Shown: positions 9,538 to 19,700 of the stretch, in pieces
Position numbering within the stretch: position 1 is the stretch's first letter
How the letters are laid out: every line of letters begins with the position of its first letter
Notes under the pieces: model-generated
What the model saw: the letters and a program-made list of their open reading frames with translations, nothing else
Database searches by the model: none
Told to the model about the DNA's origin: nothing
Made by a program: the position numbers and the translations under genes
Virus record (IMG/VR): IMGVR_UViG_3300037470_000672
Coordinates: 111,907 to 175,906 of that record
DNA: 64,000 nt
Origin: a virus
Strand: one strand, 5' to 3'

Positions 9538-10566
9538 TCAAACCACATTGGCGAGGACAGAACCCTTTCGGCGCTTGAGGCGCAAGAATTTACGCTCTAG
9601 CCGCAATCCGGGAGCGGTGCCCGTATAGAGCCTACGAGCAACAAGGTCACGAGCGTCACCATTGAACCACACGGTGCGGGCACTGATATAACGTTCTCTG
9701 TCGTCGGTCTCCCACTCGACTTCCTGAATATGCCCTGGTTTCTCGCCGATGAAGTCAAGCAGCCAGTCTAAGAAGAAAGGAGACCCAGATGTAAACGCCA
9801 ATGAGTTACCACGTTTGTTAGCGTGACCGTCCCCATCAAAGCAACCCCGGAGAAAGTGCCATAACAGAGTATCGTCTCGAATCTTTGGCGGCTTCAGTGT
9901 TAGAGATTTTGCCGGGGTTATGCTGTAGTACCTTTCCAGGGCCTCTACCCAATCGACACTACACACATCCAACCAGCTATACACACGACCTGTGTTGTTG
10001 GGTTTGTCCCTTATGGGCTGGTCTAGGGTAGCGAACAGCTTGAGACTTTCGAGAATGCAGCGGTCCTTTGGGTGTACTCCAAAGGCTACAGATCTACGAT
10101 TTTGCGGGACACACCCATCGGCTGCCACGAAGCCGGCGAAGTACGCAGAAACTGGGGTAGGGGTGCGAAAGAAGTCCCGATCGCACTCGGTATACTTTGC
10201 GTACACCCGATCGGGTTTCGCTTCTCGTCCGCTGCGTCGGACGGCTTCTTGGATCCGGCCGAACGAGACCCCAAAGATCGCCCCCACCTCCGCCATGGTC
10301 ATTTTCTCGTTTGCGAAGTACATCTCGACCGCGGCGTCTGTGTCAAAAGTTGGCGGACTCGCTTCGCGATGAGAACGCGTTCGGACGCCTCGCTCCCGTA
10401 ATATCTGACTCACACGCCCTTGGCTTACCCCAAACTCGGCCGCAAGTTGCGCCTGGGTCAGGTTTTTTCCTTCAGCAAGGGCCTGCGTATAGCGGTCAAC
10501 CACGGCCTGGGCCGAGTGGATACGACCTCGTGGTTTGAGGTCTTTACGTCCTTTTGGCCTTCCCAT
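9538..10566 (-). CDS. Free-standing LAGLIDADG homing endonuclease with N-terminal HTH repeats
   Basis: Two motifs AYFAGFVAADGCV and HFLRGCFDGDGH; N-terminal QAQLAAEFGVSQGRVSQIL and MAEVGAIFGVS HTHs. Confidence 0.85.
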   Translation of the reverse strand: MGRPKGRKDLKPRGRIHSAQAVVDRYTQALAEGKNLTQAQLAAEFGVSQGRVSQILRERGVRTRSHREASPPTFDTDAAVEMYFANEKMTMAEVGAIFGVSFGRIQEAVRRSGREAKPDRVYAKYTECDRDFFRTPTPVSAYFAGFVAADGCVPQNRRSVAFGVHPKDRCILESLKLFATLDQPIRDKPNNTGRVYSWLDVCSVDWVEALERYYSITPAKSLTLKPPKIRDDTLLWHFLRGCFDGDGHANKRGNSLAFTSGSPFFLDWLLDFIGEKPGHIQEVEWETDDRERYISARTVWFNGDARDLVARRLYTGTAPGLRLERKFLRLKRRKGSVLANVV

Positions 10567-10600
10567 AGTCGGGCATAGTAGTACATCAGAAGAAGAACGT

Positions 10601-10632
10601 AAAGAAAAGGGCGACCTTAGGCCGCCCTTTTC
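10601..10632 (-). terminator. Intrinsic terminator after the major capsid gene
   Basis: Minus strand GGGCGGCC-TAA-GGTCGCCC followed by TTTTCTTT; A-tract on the other side suggests bidirectional use. Confidence 0.8.
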
Positions 10633-10652
10633 TCAAGCTATCTCTAGCGCGG

Positions 10653-12176
10653 CTAGAGATTTTGCACCCTGATCTGACCGTAGTAGTCAGGGCGGAGGAG
10701 CTTCTTCGCGTACCGGGTCCGCAGACCCTTCCTGAAGCTGAAGTCACTCGGATCCAGGAATGTTGGGGTGACCTGGAGCGGGATGTAGGGCGCCCACACG
10801 AAGCCGGCTTCCAGGAAGTGCATGCCCTTGAGCCCCACCAGCATCTGGTCGGTGCTGAAGAACGGGTCCTCGTAGACGCGCCACTTGTTCATCATGGTGC
10901 CGGTCCGGTAGATGCCGAACTGACCGTGGGTACCCATGGGGCGCGGCAGATCGACCGGAGCGTCGATGGCCATGCCTGCTGAGTACAGGGGCTTGAAGTC
11001 GCCGTGCGTGGTGAGTTGGGCGAACAGGGCCGAGACCTCGGGCGAGGTCACGATGAAGTTCGCCGGCTGCCGCAGGGTCTTCTTGTGGATGGTGTTGGCC
11101 ACGGTCGAGATGACCGTGATCATGGATCGCAGGTGGTCGTGCTCAGTGATGCCAGCGGGTACGGCGCGGTCGAAGACGCCGGTGGTCCCGGTGCTGTTCT
11201 GGAACAGCTCCTGGATGATCTCGCGGTCAATCTCCAAGGAGATCTCTTGCGCCACCGCCGAGACCAACTCGGTCTCCGCATCGATGCCGTGGAAGGCCCG
11301 GAGGTCTTCCGCAGCCTCACTGCTCCACAACGCCTTGAGGCGGCGCGGGACCGCTTCGACGGGCGCCTTGCGGACGTCCAGGTTCACCTGCGGGATCTTG
11401 GTGTTCAGCTCGCCGTCGTAGAAGTAGAACACCTTGATCGAGTTGCCCGCTACCGGCGCAACCGTGAACAGGAACCCGGTGAGCGAGCCGTTGGCGTAGT
11501 TGAGCGAACCGGCGGTCACGTCGCCCGTGAACCCACCCGCGCCGTTGTCCACTGCTTCCTGCACAGTCGCGCCCGCCGAATCCAGCTCGCGGACGGTGAC
11601 CGAGAAGCCGCGCTCTGCGTTGAGCGGACGGACCGGCGTGAAGCCGAGGTTGACGTCCAGACCGGTGCCCACACCACCGAAGGCTGCGCCGTCCCCCACC
11701 GCGGCGATTTCACCGTCGATGAACTCGGACGAGTAGTCGCGGTTGAAGTCGCGTGGGAAGACGTTACCTGCGGTCGTCGACCCCTTGGTCGTGCCGTAGA
11801 TGTAGTCCAGGAAGAAGACGGCGCCGATCGGCGCAGTCATTGGTTGGACAGACACCAGCTCGTGCGCGATGAGGTTGGGAAACACCCTCCGCAAGATCGG
11901 GAAGATGTACTTGGTGAACGGGCCGACGTTGCCACCGCGCGTCTCCTCGTCGATCAGGCGCATGGTCTGTGCATCGACGCCGCGGAGGTGCTGGGACTGG
12001 TTCTCCATGAGCATCGCGGTGAGGCCGAGCACGTACCGCTGCTGCTCGCTGCGATCCGGGATGCCCTCCAGCAGCGCTCCCCACTTGTTGATGCACTGAT
12101 TCACGTAGCCCCGTGCGAGGACCGTACCCTGACGATCCTCCCCCGGGACGCCTTCGACCATCTGTCGCGCTTCCAT
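10653..12176 (-). CDS. Major capsid protein (T4 gp23-like)
   Basis: FPILRRVFPNLIAHELVSVQPMTAP, RRLKALWSSEAAEDLRAFHGIDAETEL, EAGFVWAPYIPL, KGLRTRY. Confidence 0.95.
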   Translation of the reverse strand: MEARQMVEGVPGEDRQGTVLARGYVNQCINKWGALLEGIPDRSEQQRYVLGLTAMLMENQSQHLRGVDAQTMRLIDEETRGGNVGPFTKYIFPILRRVFPNLIAHELVSVQPMTAPIGAVFFLDYIYGTTKGSTTAGNVFPRDFNRDYSSEFIDGEIAAVGDGAAFGGVGTGLDVNLGFTPVRPLNAERGFSVTVRELDSAGATVQEAVDNGAGGFTGDVTAGSLNYANGSLTGFLFTVAPVAGNSIKVFYFYDGELNTKIPQVNLDVRKAPVEAVPRRLKALWSSEAAEDLRAFHGIDAETELVSAVAQEISLEIDREIIQELFQNSTGTTGVFDRAVPAGITEHDHLRSMITVISTVANTIHKKTLRQPANFIVTSPEVSALFAQLTTHGDFKPLYSAGMAIDAPVDLPRPMGTHGQFGIYRTGTMMNKWRVYEDPFFSTDQMLVGLKGMHFLEAGFVWAPYIPLQVTPTFLDPSDFSFRKGLRTRYAKKLLRPDYYGQIRVQNL

Positions 12177-12231
12177 TGTTTCTACTCCTCAGAGGGGTTT
12201 TTGTGGGAGGGGATCTCCCGGGGGTGGCCTG

Positions 12232-14022
12232 CTACGAGGCCGACAGTCGCTTGATTTCATCGAGAGAAAGGCCGGTGCCGTTGTAACTCGCCCCGGATCG
12301 AGCGTCGCTGCTTGCGTGAGCTTCCATCACCGGTTCGTTCGGGTTGGAAATGTCGTAGTCCAATCCGCCCGTACGGGCGGATTGGGGCAGTTGGGGCGCC
12401 GGCTCGACATGGCTGACGGAGTTGGAGCCTGCCAAAGCGCGCACACGGGCACGGATGGCATCGACCTGGTCCGATTCGGACATCGGGCGGCGGAACTGGT
12501 CCAACACCTGATCCACTTCCGCTCGGTTGGTCGGCGGGTTCTCCTCGAAGTGGCTGACCATCTCCGCACGGCGGGGGTGGTGACGAAGTCGCTCGGCGAT
12601 GTAGGCGTCGATCGCTTGGGCCTTGTTGAGAGTTACCGACTTCTCCAACGCCTCTTTGAGCTGGGTCATCTGCGTTTCGAGGGCCTGAACTCGCCGATCG
12701 GACTCAGACTTGACCTTGTTCATCTCCTTCTGCCGCGCGTCCTCTTGTGCCTTCTTCTCGGCCGCGCGGCGATCCAGCTCTTCTTGGACAGCGGAGACCT
12801 TGGTGGCGATCTCTTCAACAGATCCGTAGCTCGCCACGTCACCGACGATGCTGCGGATCAGATCGGCGTCGGCGCTCCCTTGAAGCTGTTGCTCCAGATA
12901 GAAGCGGTAGCCTGCCTTCTTGGCCATCGCTGCGAGCTTGTTGACCTGGTCTTCGAGCTGGACCTTCTCCTTGGAAAAGGAGCTGCGCTCGGTCGCGAGC
13001 TGGCCTTCCAGCTTGTCGATGCGGTCTTCGAGCTTGGCGACGACCGATTCCTCATCCTCGGAGAGGACGTAGGGTCGGATGACGGTCTTGATCTGTTCGA
13101 CCGCCTTCATCGCGCCAGCCAACTTCGGATCGGAGAGCATGTCACCACGAACCTGCTCGGCAATCTGCTCTTTGGCGTCGACGATCTGCTGGGTCACCTT
13201 CTCGGTGACCTGTTTGACCGCCTCGTCCTTGCCCTTTTCGCGCCCGGCCTCTTCGGCTTGGAGGACGCGCTTCTCGGCATCCTCGGTGAGCTTGGCGAGT
13301 AGGGCATCTTTTTCGGCGAGCTGCTCTTGCATCTCTCGGGTCGCCTGGGCCGAGATGGCTTCAAACAGCTCGGGATGCTGTTCCTTGAGCTGCTCCTCGG
13401 TGAGGTCTTGGATCTCCATACTCAGGTTCCCCTTGTTCTCTTGGAAGGATTCTGGCCACGCATCGCGGTCTGCTGGATCGGCGACGGCGTCGAAGGTGAC
13501 CAACCGGAAGCCGGGTTGGACTACAGATTCACCTTGCGCGTTGGTCCGTGTTGCGCCGAAGCCTCTGGAAGAAACACCGACCTGACAACCTGCTTCGACG
13601 ATGGCTTTGAGGTTCTGTCCGCGCGCGGTGTTGAGAATCTCTGCTTCACCGTACATCACACCATCAGGTTGAAGGTCCAACTTTGTGATAACGTGAGAAA
13701 TACGGTTGAGGCTTGTACGACCATCCAACGGATGGTCGGCTTCCCCGAATACACGACGCTGTTCAATCAGAGGTTGGAGGCGCTTCAGCTCCTCCGCTAC
13801 GAGATTGCGCGGGTATAGGCGCTTGTTTTCGGTGGCCCGATCAGCGCGACCGAACTCACCCTTAAGGATCCACTTCTTCGGCGCACCCTCTACGACTTCA
13901 CGCTCTTCAACGACCAGAGGTGTCGACGGGTAGTAGACCCCTTCGATGAGACCCACCTGTCCCTGCGTGTCCTCCAAGAGGGCGCGACCGATTTTTTTGG
14001 CTGGGGTAGGGGGTGTACTCAT
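12232..14022 (-). CDS. Prohead protease (T4 gp21/S77-like) fused to long coiled-coil scaffold
   Basis: NKRLYPR, FGEADHP, GVSSRGFG, LVTFDAVADP in N-terminal ~190 aa; heptad-rich remainder. Confidence 0.9.
   Translation of the reverse strand: MSTPPTPAKKIGRALLEDTQGQVGLIEGVYYPSTPLVVEEREVVEGAPKKWILKGEFGRADRATENKRLYPRNLVAEELKRLQPLIEQRRVFGEADHPLDGRTSLNRISHVITKLDLQPDGVMYGEAEILNTARGQNLKAIVEAGCQVGVSSRGFGATRTNAQGESVVQPGFRLVTFDAVADPADRDAWPESFQENKGNLSMEIQDLTEEQLKEQHPELFEAISAQATREMQEQLAEKDALLAKLTEDAEKRVLQAEEAGREKGKDEAVKQVTEKVTQQIVDAKEQIAEQVRGDMLSDPKLAGAMKAVEQIKTVIRPYVLSEDEESVVAKLEDRIDKLEGQLATERSSFSKEKVQLEDQVNKLAAMAKKAGYRFYLEQQLQGSADADLIRSIVGDVASYGSVEEIATKVSAVQEELDRRAAEKKAQEDARQKEMNKVKSESDRRVQALETQMTQLKEALEKSVTLNKAQAIDAYIAERLRHHPRRAEMVSHFEENPPTNRAEVDQVLDQFRRPMSESDQVDAIRARVRALAGSNSVSHVEPAPQLPQSARTGGLDYDISNPNEPVMEAHASSDARSGASYNGTGLSLDEIKRLSAS
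12360..12385. repeat. Palindrome family B, 26-bp perfect palindrome inside protease/scaffold ORF
   Basis: CCAATCCGCCCGTACGGGCGGATTGG read directly. Confidence 0.9.
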
Positions 14023-14200
14023 CGTTCTCGTTTCCAGAACTTGGCTTTGAAGGGACCTCGATCGAGGATGCTGGGCTTCTTCTTGACTTCGCGCTTCTTC
14101 GGTTTGAGCCCCGTCATCAGGTCGCTGACTCCAAGAATCTCCCGCCAGGTACTACGGTAGGCGGTCCGTCGCTTTCGATGACCACCATAACCCTCGTGGA

Positions 14201-15745
14201 TCACTGCGGTCCTGGCTTGCCCTTCTCTTTCGCAGCCCACTGGGCCATCTTCTTGGCGCCGTACTTCTTCTGTCCGATGGCCGCCGCCACCGCTTTGGGA
14301 TCTTGGATGTCGGGGCGCTTCTCCAACTCCTTCGCCAGGGCGGCGAAGCGACCCCCCTTTCCCGTCTCGGAATTCCAAGGATCCGAGCGTCCTTTCAACC
14401 CAAAAGGGGCCTTCTCAGCTTCCATGACGGCCTCCTCGGGGAGAAGGTGCTCGTAGCAGGCTGCGAGAAAGGTGATGTCGTTGTCGTCGATGGATTCCTT
14501 CTTGTAGCCGTTCTTCTTTGCGGCCTTCATCCCCTTGACGACCTTCATCGCCTCATCGCCGGGCATGTTGGCGAGCTTCACACCCATCTCAACCATACCT
14601 TGCACAGCGTCCAGGGTGTCATCCTCGGACATGGTCGCCATGCCGACGAGCTTGTTCTTAAGACCCCTCACGTATGCCGGGATGTCGTCATCGGAGAGCG
14701 ACTCCAGCTTGACGGCGACGCCCTTCATGAGGGCCAAAGCGTCATCGTCCGACAGTCCTTCGAGCGCGCTTGCGGCAAGCGCGATGACAGCCAGGTCTGA
14801 ACCCTCAACCTGGTCCTCCTCCTCCGAGTCGGCGAAGAGGCTCACGTCTTCGATGAGGTCGTCGTAAATCTCCAACATCTCCAGAAACGTGCTGAAGAAG
14901 AGCTTGAAGTCCTCTTCAAATTCCGCCGCGTCGGTGTCGCCCAACTCGTACTCATGCAACGTCTCTGCATAGTCAGCAGCGGTCTCGGCCAGGGCGTTGA
15001 CGGCCTGGCAGAACTCGATGACGCCTTCGCGGATCTCGTCATCCCCCTCCTCATCGAAGAGGTCTGCCTCGACCATCTCGGCGAGGGTCTCCTCGACCGG
15101 GACGAGTTGATGGGCAAGATCGTTGGCAGCCAGCGAGAGCGACGCGAACGCCTGCGTGTTCTCCAACACCTTGGGCGCGAGCGAGACCTTACCGGCTGCC
15201 TCCATCAGATCGTTGAGATCGGCGATCAACGCCGTCAGCGCATCCGCCTCCACCCCTTCCTGTGCAGGCGACGGACGGCGCAACGTGATGCGCTTGACAC
15301 CTGACTTGCGCAGGTGGCCGAGGCGGGACTGCGCTCGCTTGTAGAGGCGCTTGAAGCGTCGGCCCGCGGCCGATCGGCGCCACTTCTTGACCATGCGCTT
15401 CTTGACGGCCTTGACACGGCGGTACTTGCGACGGGCGAGACGTCGTTCACGACGAATCTCAGCGCCGCGCTCCTGTCGCATAATACGTGCGGCTTGCTCA
15501 GACAAGTCCGCCAACTGGTCGTCGTCCAGATCTGCTTGGTCGAGAAGCCGGGAGATCTCCGCCGCGACGCGCGCCACGTCCAGATCGACCACTTCTGCTG
15601 GGTGAGGGTCTTCCTGACGAGTGGAGTCCTCCACGATAGGAGCAGACGGCGGGGGGTTGACGATTCGCTGCACCCTTTCATCATCGCGTACCAACCCGAT
15701 GAGGGCGAAGTCTTCGGCAAGAGAAGAGAGCTTGGGCTGGGTCAC
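14201..15745 (-). CDS. Probable prohead core protein (gp67/gp68-like position)
   Basis: GTG start 15745 with GGAGG RBS overlapping previous stop; very basic R/K block then acidic region; lies between portal and protease. Confidence 0.6.
   Translation of the reverse strand: MTQPKLSSLAEDFALIGLVRDDERVQRIVNPPPSAPIVEDSTRQEDPHPAEVVDLDVARVAAEISRLLDQADLDDDQLADLSEQAARIMRQERGAEIRRERRLARRKYRRVKAVKKRMVKKWRRSAAGRRFKRLYKRAQSRLGHLRKSGVKRITLRRPSPAQEGVEADALTALIADLNDLMEAAGKVSLAPKVLENTQAFASLSLAANDLAHQLVPVEETLAEMVEADLFDEEGDDEIREGVIEFCQAVNALAETAADYAETLHEYELGDTDAAEFEEDFKLFFSTFLEMLEIYDDLIEDVSLFADSEEEDQVEGSDLAVIALAASALEGLSDDDALALMKGVAVKLESLSDDDIPAYVRGLKNKLVGMATMSEDDTLDAVQGMVEMGVKLANMPGDEAMKVVKGMKAAKKNGYKKESIDDNDITFLAACYEHLLPEEAVMEAEKAPFGLKGRSDPWNSETGKGGRFAALAKELEKRPDIQDPKAVAAAIGQKKYGAKKMAQWAAKEKGKPGPQ
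14364..14399 (-). repeat. Full-length CRISPR-like repeat (family A) inserted in frame in a CDS
   Basis: GTCTCGGAATTCCAAGGATCCGAGCGTCCTTTCAAC, 33/36 identical to array repeat; encodes LKGRSDPWNSET. Confidence 0.9.
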
Positions 15746-16656
15746 GGCGAATCCTCCGGACTCACGTCGGCTTGGGCAGCAGCTTCTACAAAACACCGCG
15801 CCACAGAGATTGGAAAGAGAACTTCCGACAGAACGTTGCGAAAATCGGCAAGTGTGTTGACGCTCGCGTCCTGTTGGATTGTGAGCACCTTCTCCGCAGC
15901 GGTACTGACCGTCTCTAGGTGCTCGGACAACTCCACTTGGACCCTGTCCGCGAGGCTATCAGCGCCATCTCGGAATTCCAAAGAACCGAGCGGCCTCGCA
16001 TCCCCAAAGTCGAAGCTGTTGAGCTTGTTGCGCTCATCCCTAAGCATGCGCACCAGGTCTTCAAGATCGGTAACGACCTGCATTCGGTCATCATCGCCGA
16101 CGATGTTCTCGTCTAGCTTTTGGAGCTGACGCTCCTCGATCTCTTTGAGCCCTTTATGCCAACAGGCCCGCTTCAGCGTGTTTTCGTGCTCAACCCACAG
16201 GGAGCGGAAGTCCGACCGCTGGAGGATCTCGGCCTTCGCCTTGAGAACCACTGCGGCCACATCCTGTTTTGCTGGTCGAACAGACTCTACCAGGGAAGCG
16301 AGCCGAAGAGCAGCATCTGGGTCACCGCTGAGCAAGCCCTTCACAACCTGCTCAGCTTCCTCCTGTACAAACGCCTCAAGGTTCTCCTCGGAGTAAACCT
16401 TCAGCGGTACCTGCTCGTGCCCTGTGATCCGCAAATCACCATTGCTGTCCTCATCAAAGCGCACCCTGACAGCCTTCGACGAAGCCGAGAGAACGATGGC
16501 GTGACCAGGGAAGGTTGCCACCACCCGTGTTTCTACCCGCTCACCAAACAACCGGGGCGAGGATTCCTGCACAGCCTCCACAAGCCGCGCAATGAGGTGC
16601 TCAAAACTCCCGTTGCTGAGCTTCCTGATGTCTTCGGTGGCGAGTAAGCTGGTCAT
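15742..16656 (-). CDS. Hypothetical head-morphogenesis protein
   Basis: 304 aa ORF between portal and core gene. Confidence 0.65.
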   Translation of the reverse strand: MTSLLATEDIRKLSNGSFEHLIARLVEAVQESSPRLFGERVETRVVATFPGHAIVLSASSKAVRVRFDEDSNGDLRITGHEQVPLKVYSEENLEAFVQEEAEQVVKGLLSGDPDAALRLASLVESVRPAKQDVAAVVLKAKAEILQRSDFRSLWVEHENTLKRACWHKGLKEIEERQLQKLDENIVGDDDRMQVVTDLEDLVRMLRDERNKLNSFDFGDARPLGSLEFRDGADSLADRVQVELSEHLETVSTAAEKVLTIQQDASVNTLADFRNVLSEVLFPISVARCFVEAAAQADVSPEDSP

Positions 16657-16670
16657 AGGTGTTTGGGCGA

Positions 16671-16706
16671 GTCTCGGAATTTCAAGGGTCCGAGCATCCT
16701 TTTCTC
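16671..16706 (-). repeat. Solitary CRISPR-like repeat (family A)
   Basis: 29/36 identical to array repeat; fills the portal-stop to next-start gap. Confidence 0.85.
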
Positions 16707-16711
16707 CTGCG

Positions 16712-19700
16712 TCAGGTGCCTCTCCTTACGCTTATCTCCTGCGTCAGGTGCCGTAGTTCTTCAAGACGGCGGGCCAAGTCCTTGTCGTTTTTCAACAAGC
16801 GATCGAGCTTTTCGCTAGCCCTCTTCTCCGCTTCACGGTCGCCCGCAAATAGCTGTCGTTCCGATATACCACTACCCTTAGAAGGGGGCAAGCTACCAGA
16901 AACTCTGTCTGAAACGTACTTCCCACGGGACGCACGAGTAGACTCCGGAACCCCTTCCGGTGCAGGTTCTGTCGCCTGGGCTTGAATCTGCGCTGCCTTA
17001 GCCTCTTGCCGTGCTTGGGATTCGGCCTCTTGTTCCCGCTGCTTCATGATGGTTTGAATGGCGTCGTCGTTCATCCCAAAAATCGTGGACAGTATCCAGT
17101 AGGCGGACACAAACTCCCTCATCCGCCCCGCCAGGTCGGCCCGCGCGTTCATCACCTCCACCTGCGCCAGCTCGAAAATAGCTGACGGGACGGTCATGTG
17201 AGTAGTGAAGGGTGCCTGCGCAGGGTCGATGCCCAACGCCGCCAGGTGTACGCGACCGATCTTGTGCGTACCGTTGATGATCTGCCGCTGCACCCTGAGA
17301 ACCGTGCGCGCGAAGCGCACATCCTGGCTGGATAGGATGTTCCGGACTACACCCTCTTCCTGACCAAGGTACGCCTTGGGGATCTTGATTGATGCCCATA
17401 GCTTATTCTTAAAGTAGTCAACATCATCAATCGCTTGCCACTGCGGTCCTTGAAGTACCTCTATTCTAGAGCCTTCCTGACCCTTTCTAACAGGCACGTA
17501 GAAATCTTCGTCTTGGCCAAAAGCGTTGTATCTAACATCCAGCTTTCCGGTGCCTGCGTTGAAGAACTTCTTCTTGCGGTGCTGCTGGCGTACGTTATTG
17601 ACGTGAGCCATAGCCTCCCTTGGAGGGAGGTCCCCAACGTCCACATAGAAGACCCGTCGCTCCGGCGACCGTCGTAGACGGTACACAAGCATGGAGTCTT
17701 CTAACAAAATCAGGCGTTTGTAGAGCCAGCGAGCGGACTCCAGGACCGAGTTGTGAACCACAACACCGTCAGCCACAAAGTTGTGTTCCGGATCGGCTAC
17801 TTCGATGTCGTAGACCGGTTCCTCCCCTTGCATTTCAATTGAGAGTATCTTCTCCTCAGCAAAATCAGCTCCCTCGGCGATAGGCGTCTCATTGAAGGTG
17901 AGGAGGTACTGACGACCGGAATGAATGACGTCCGTCGTTGGATGGGTAGCGATGGGGTTATCTCGCGGCTCTCGCTCCCGGATGCGCCCGGATTTCCAGC
18001 CCAACCCGTCGACCAGCGTCTTTATATCTCGCACCAAGTCTCTGTTACAAAGCTCGATGTGGTGGTCTTTATGGCTGCGTGTGTCCCAACCATCCGCATC
18101 CATGAAACCGTGCAGGAGCGCGAGCCGGATTTCTTCGGGAGCCCCAAAAACCCAATACGGAAGACGCTTCGCGTGTGCCCCGCCGTCTACCCAACCGAGT
18201 TTGCGGAAAAGTGCCGCAAGCGCTTGGCTTGAGACGTAGCTCTGGGTCTCATCCGGCAAGGTGCTAACAGGTAGTCCAGTGCTTGCGAGGAGTCCCTCGT
18301 AAAAAGAGTTACGATCGGGGTATTCCCCGCGAGCGAAGTACACTTGCCCGTCTGTAATCCACCCGTCTCCTAGGAGAAACCCCCACAACCGAGCAAAATC
18401 AGGCGTAACAAAATCAGGGAGAGTGATCCTCTCATCCTCTATCTTGGGTTCAAAAGCACCGTAGAAAAACGGCACTTTCACCTCACAAAAGAGATCACGC
18501 AGTACGGGCAACGGAACCGATGACTGTCCTTTAAGCAAACTTTCCAAAGTTCCGCGAGCGATACCCAACTTAGCGGCTAGGGGCCGGAGACCCTCATCCT
18601 TGGGCGTATACCGCCCTATACGGGACGCCGCCCTAAGCGCGCTAGCGCCGCGCTCCGTGAGTCGTACAGGACCCTCCTCCTCTATCTCACGTAGGTGTAA
18701 CCCAAGCGGCGGCGGCGGGTTCGTATCCGGCATTCGGGTGGTGATAACGATCCGATCCCCCTCCTGTAGCTCGCACAGCGGTTTCCAAGCGTTTCGTCCC
18801 CCCCTACCCTTCCCTACTGCTAAAAGAGGGTGCTCCGCTGTAAGGCAAAGCTCTCGGTGCTTCGTACGAACCCGATAGACGGTCTTCGTCCCAGAGCAGA
18901 CATGGTCAAGCACCCTCGTCGTTCGGAGCTTTCCTGCGTGCCGCAAAAGAACGCGCTGGCCTGGTTGGATGTCGGATATCGGCCTCGGCCCTTCCGTCGT
19001 CCAAACTTGCGAACCCCCCGCGAGACAGTGCCCGTAAACAGAGCGCCTGAACTTGCTGTGCAGTCGGAAGTGAGCGATCTCCCAATCCTCGAACACCGGG
19101 TTTGGACCCGTGTCCTGCGATGCAAGATTCGAGGTGTCAGAAAAACCATCTTGGCCGCCGCCGGGGAGGGAGGTCGCGTTCTGGCCGTATCGGTTGACGA
19201 GGAGCTTGCGGTAATCCTCGGGCGTGAAGTCAAACCGCCCCTTGAAGTCTTGGATGAATCCTAGAAGCTGCCCTTTAGGGCCTTCGATTCGCCGCATGGT
19301 CGCAGGTGGGAGGTAGTTGATACCTTCTACCCCATTCTGGGTAACAAGTATCTCCTCAAAGTTCGATCCGTACTTGCAAGCTGTACGAGCGATGGACCAT
19401 ATCTCGTCTTCGTACCTCAAAGTCTTGAAGTAGAGGTCGTCAACAATCTCTTGGACTGTTCGATCAGGAGAGGTTATCCAGAGCGATCGCTTGAGCTGTG
19501 TGTCGGGTTGTGTTACATCATCGGCGTAAATATCGATCGCGGAGTTGTGTACAAACACCCCCTCACAGGCGAAATTCTGGTAGACCGGTACCTCGATATC
19601 GTACACATCCTCGACACCGTCGGGCTCTACACGTACCACCATGTGGTTGTTGTAGTCGTCTTCCCCTTCTTTCGGACCGGTAAGCGACGATCCAAGCATA

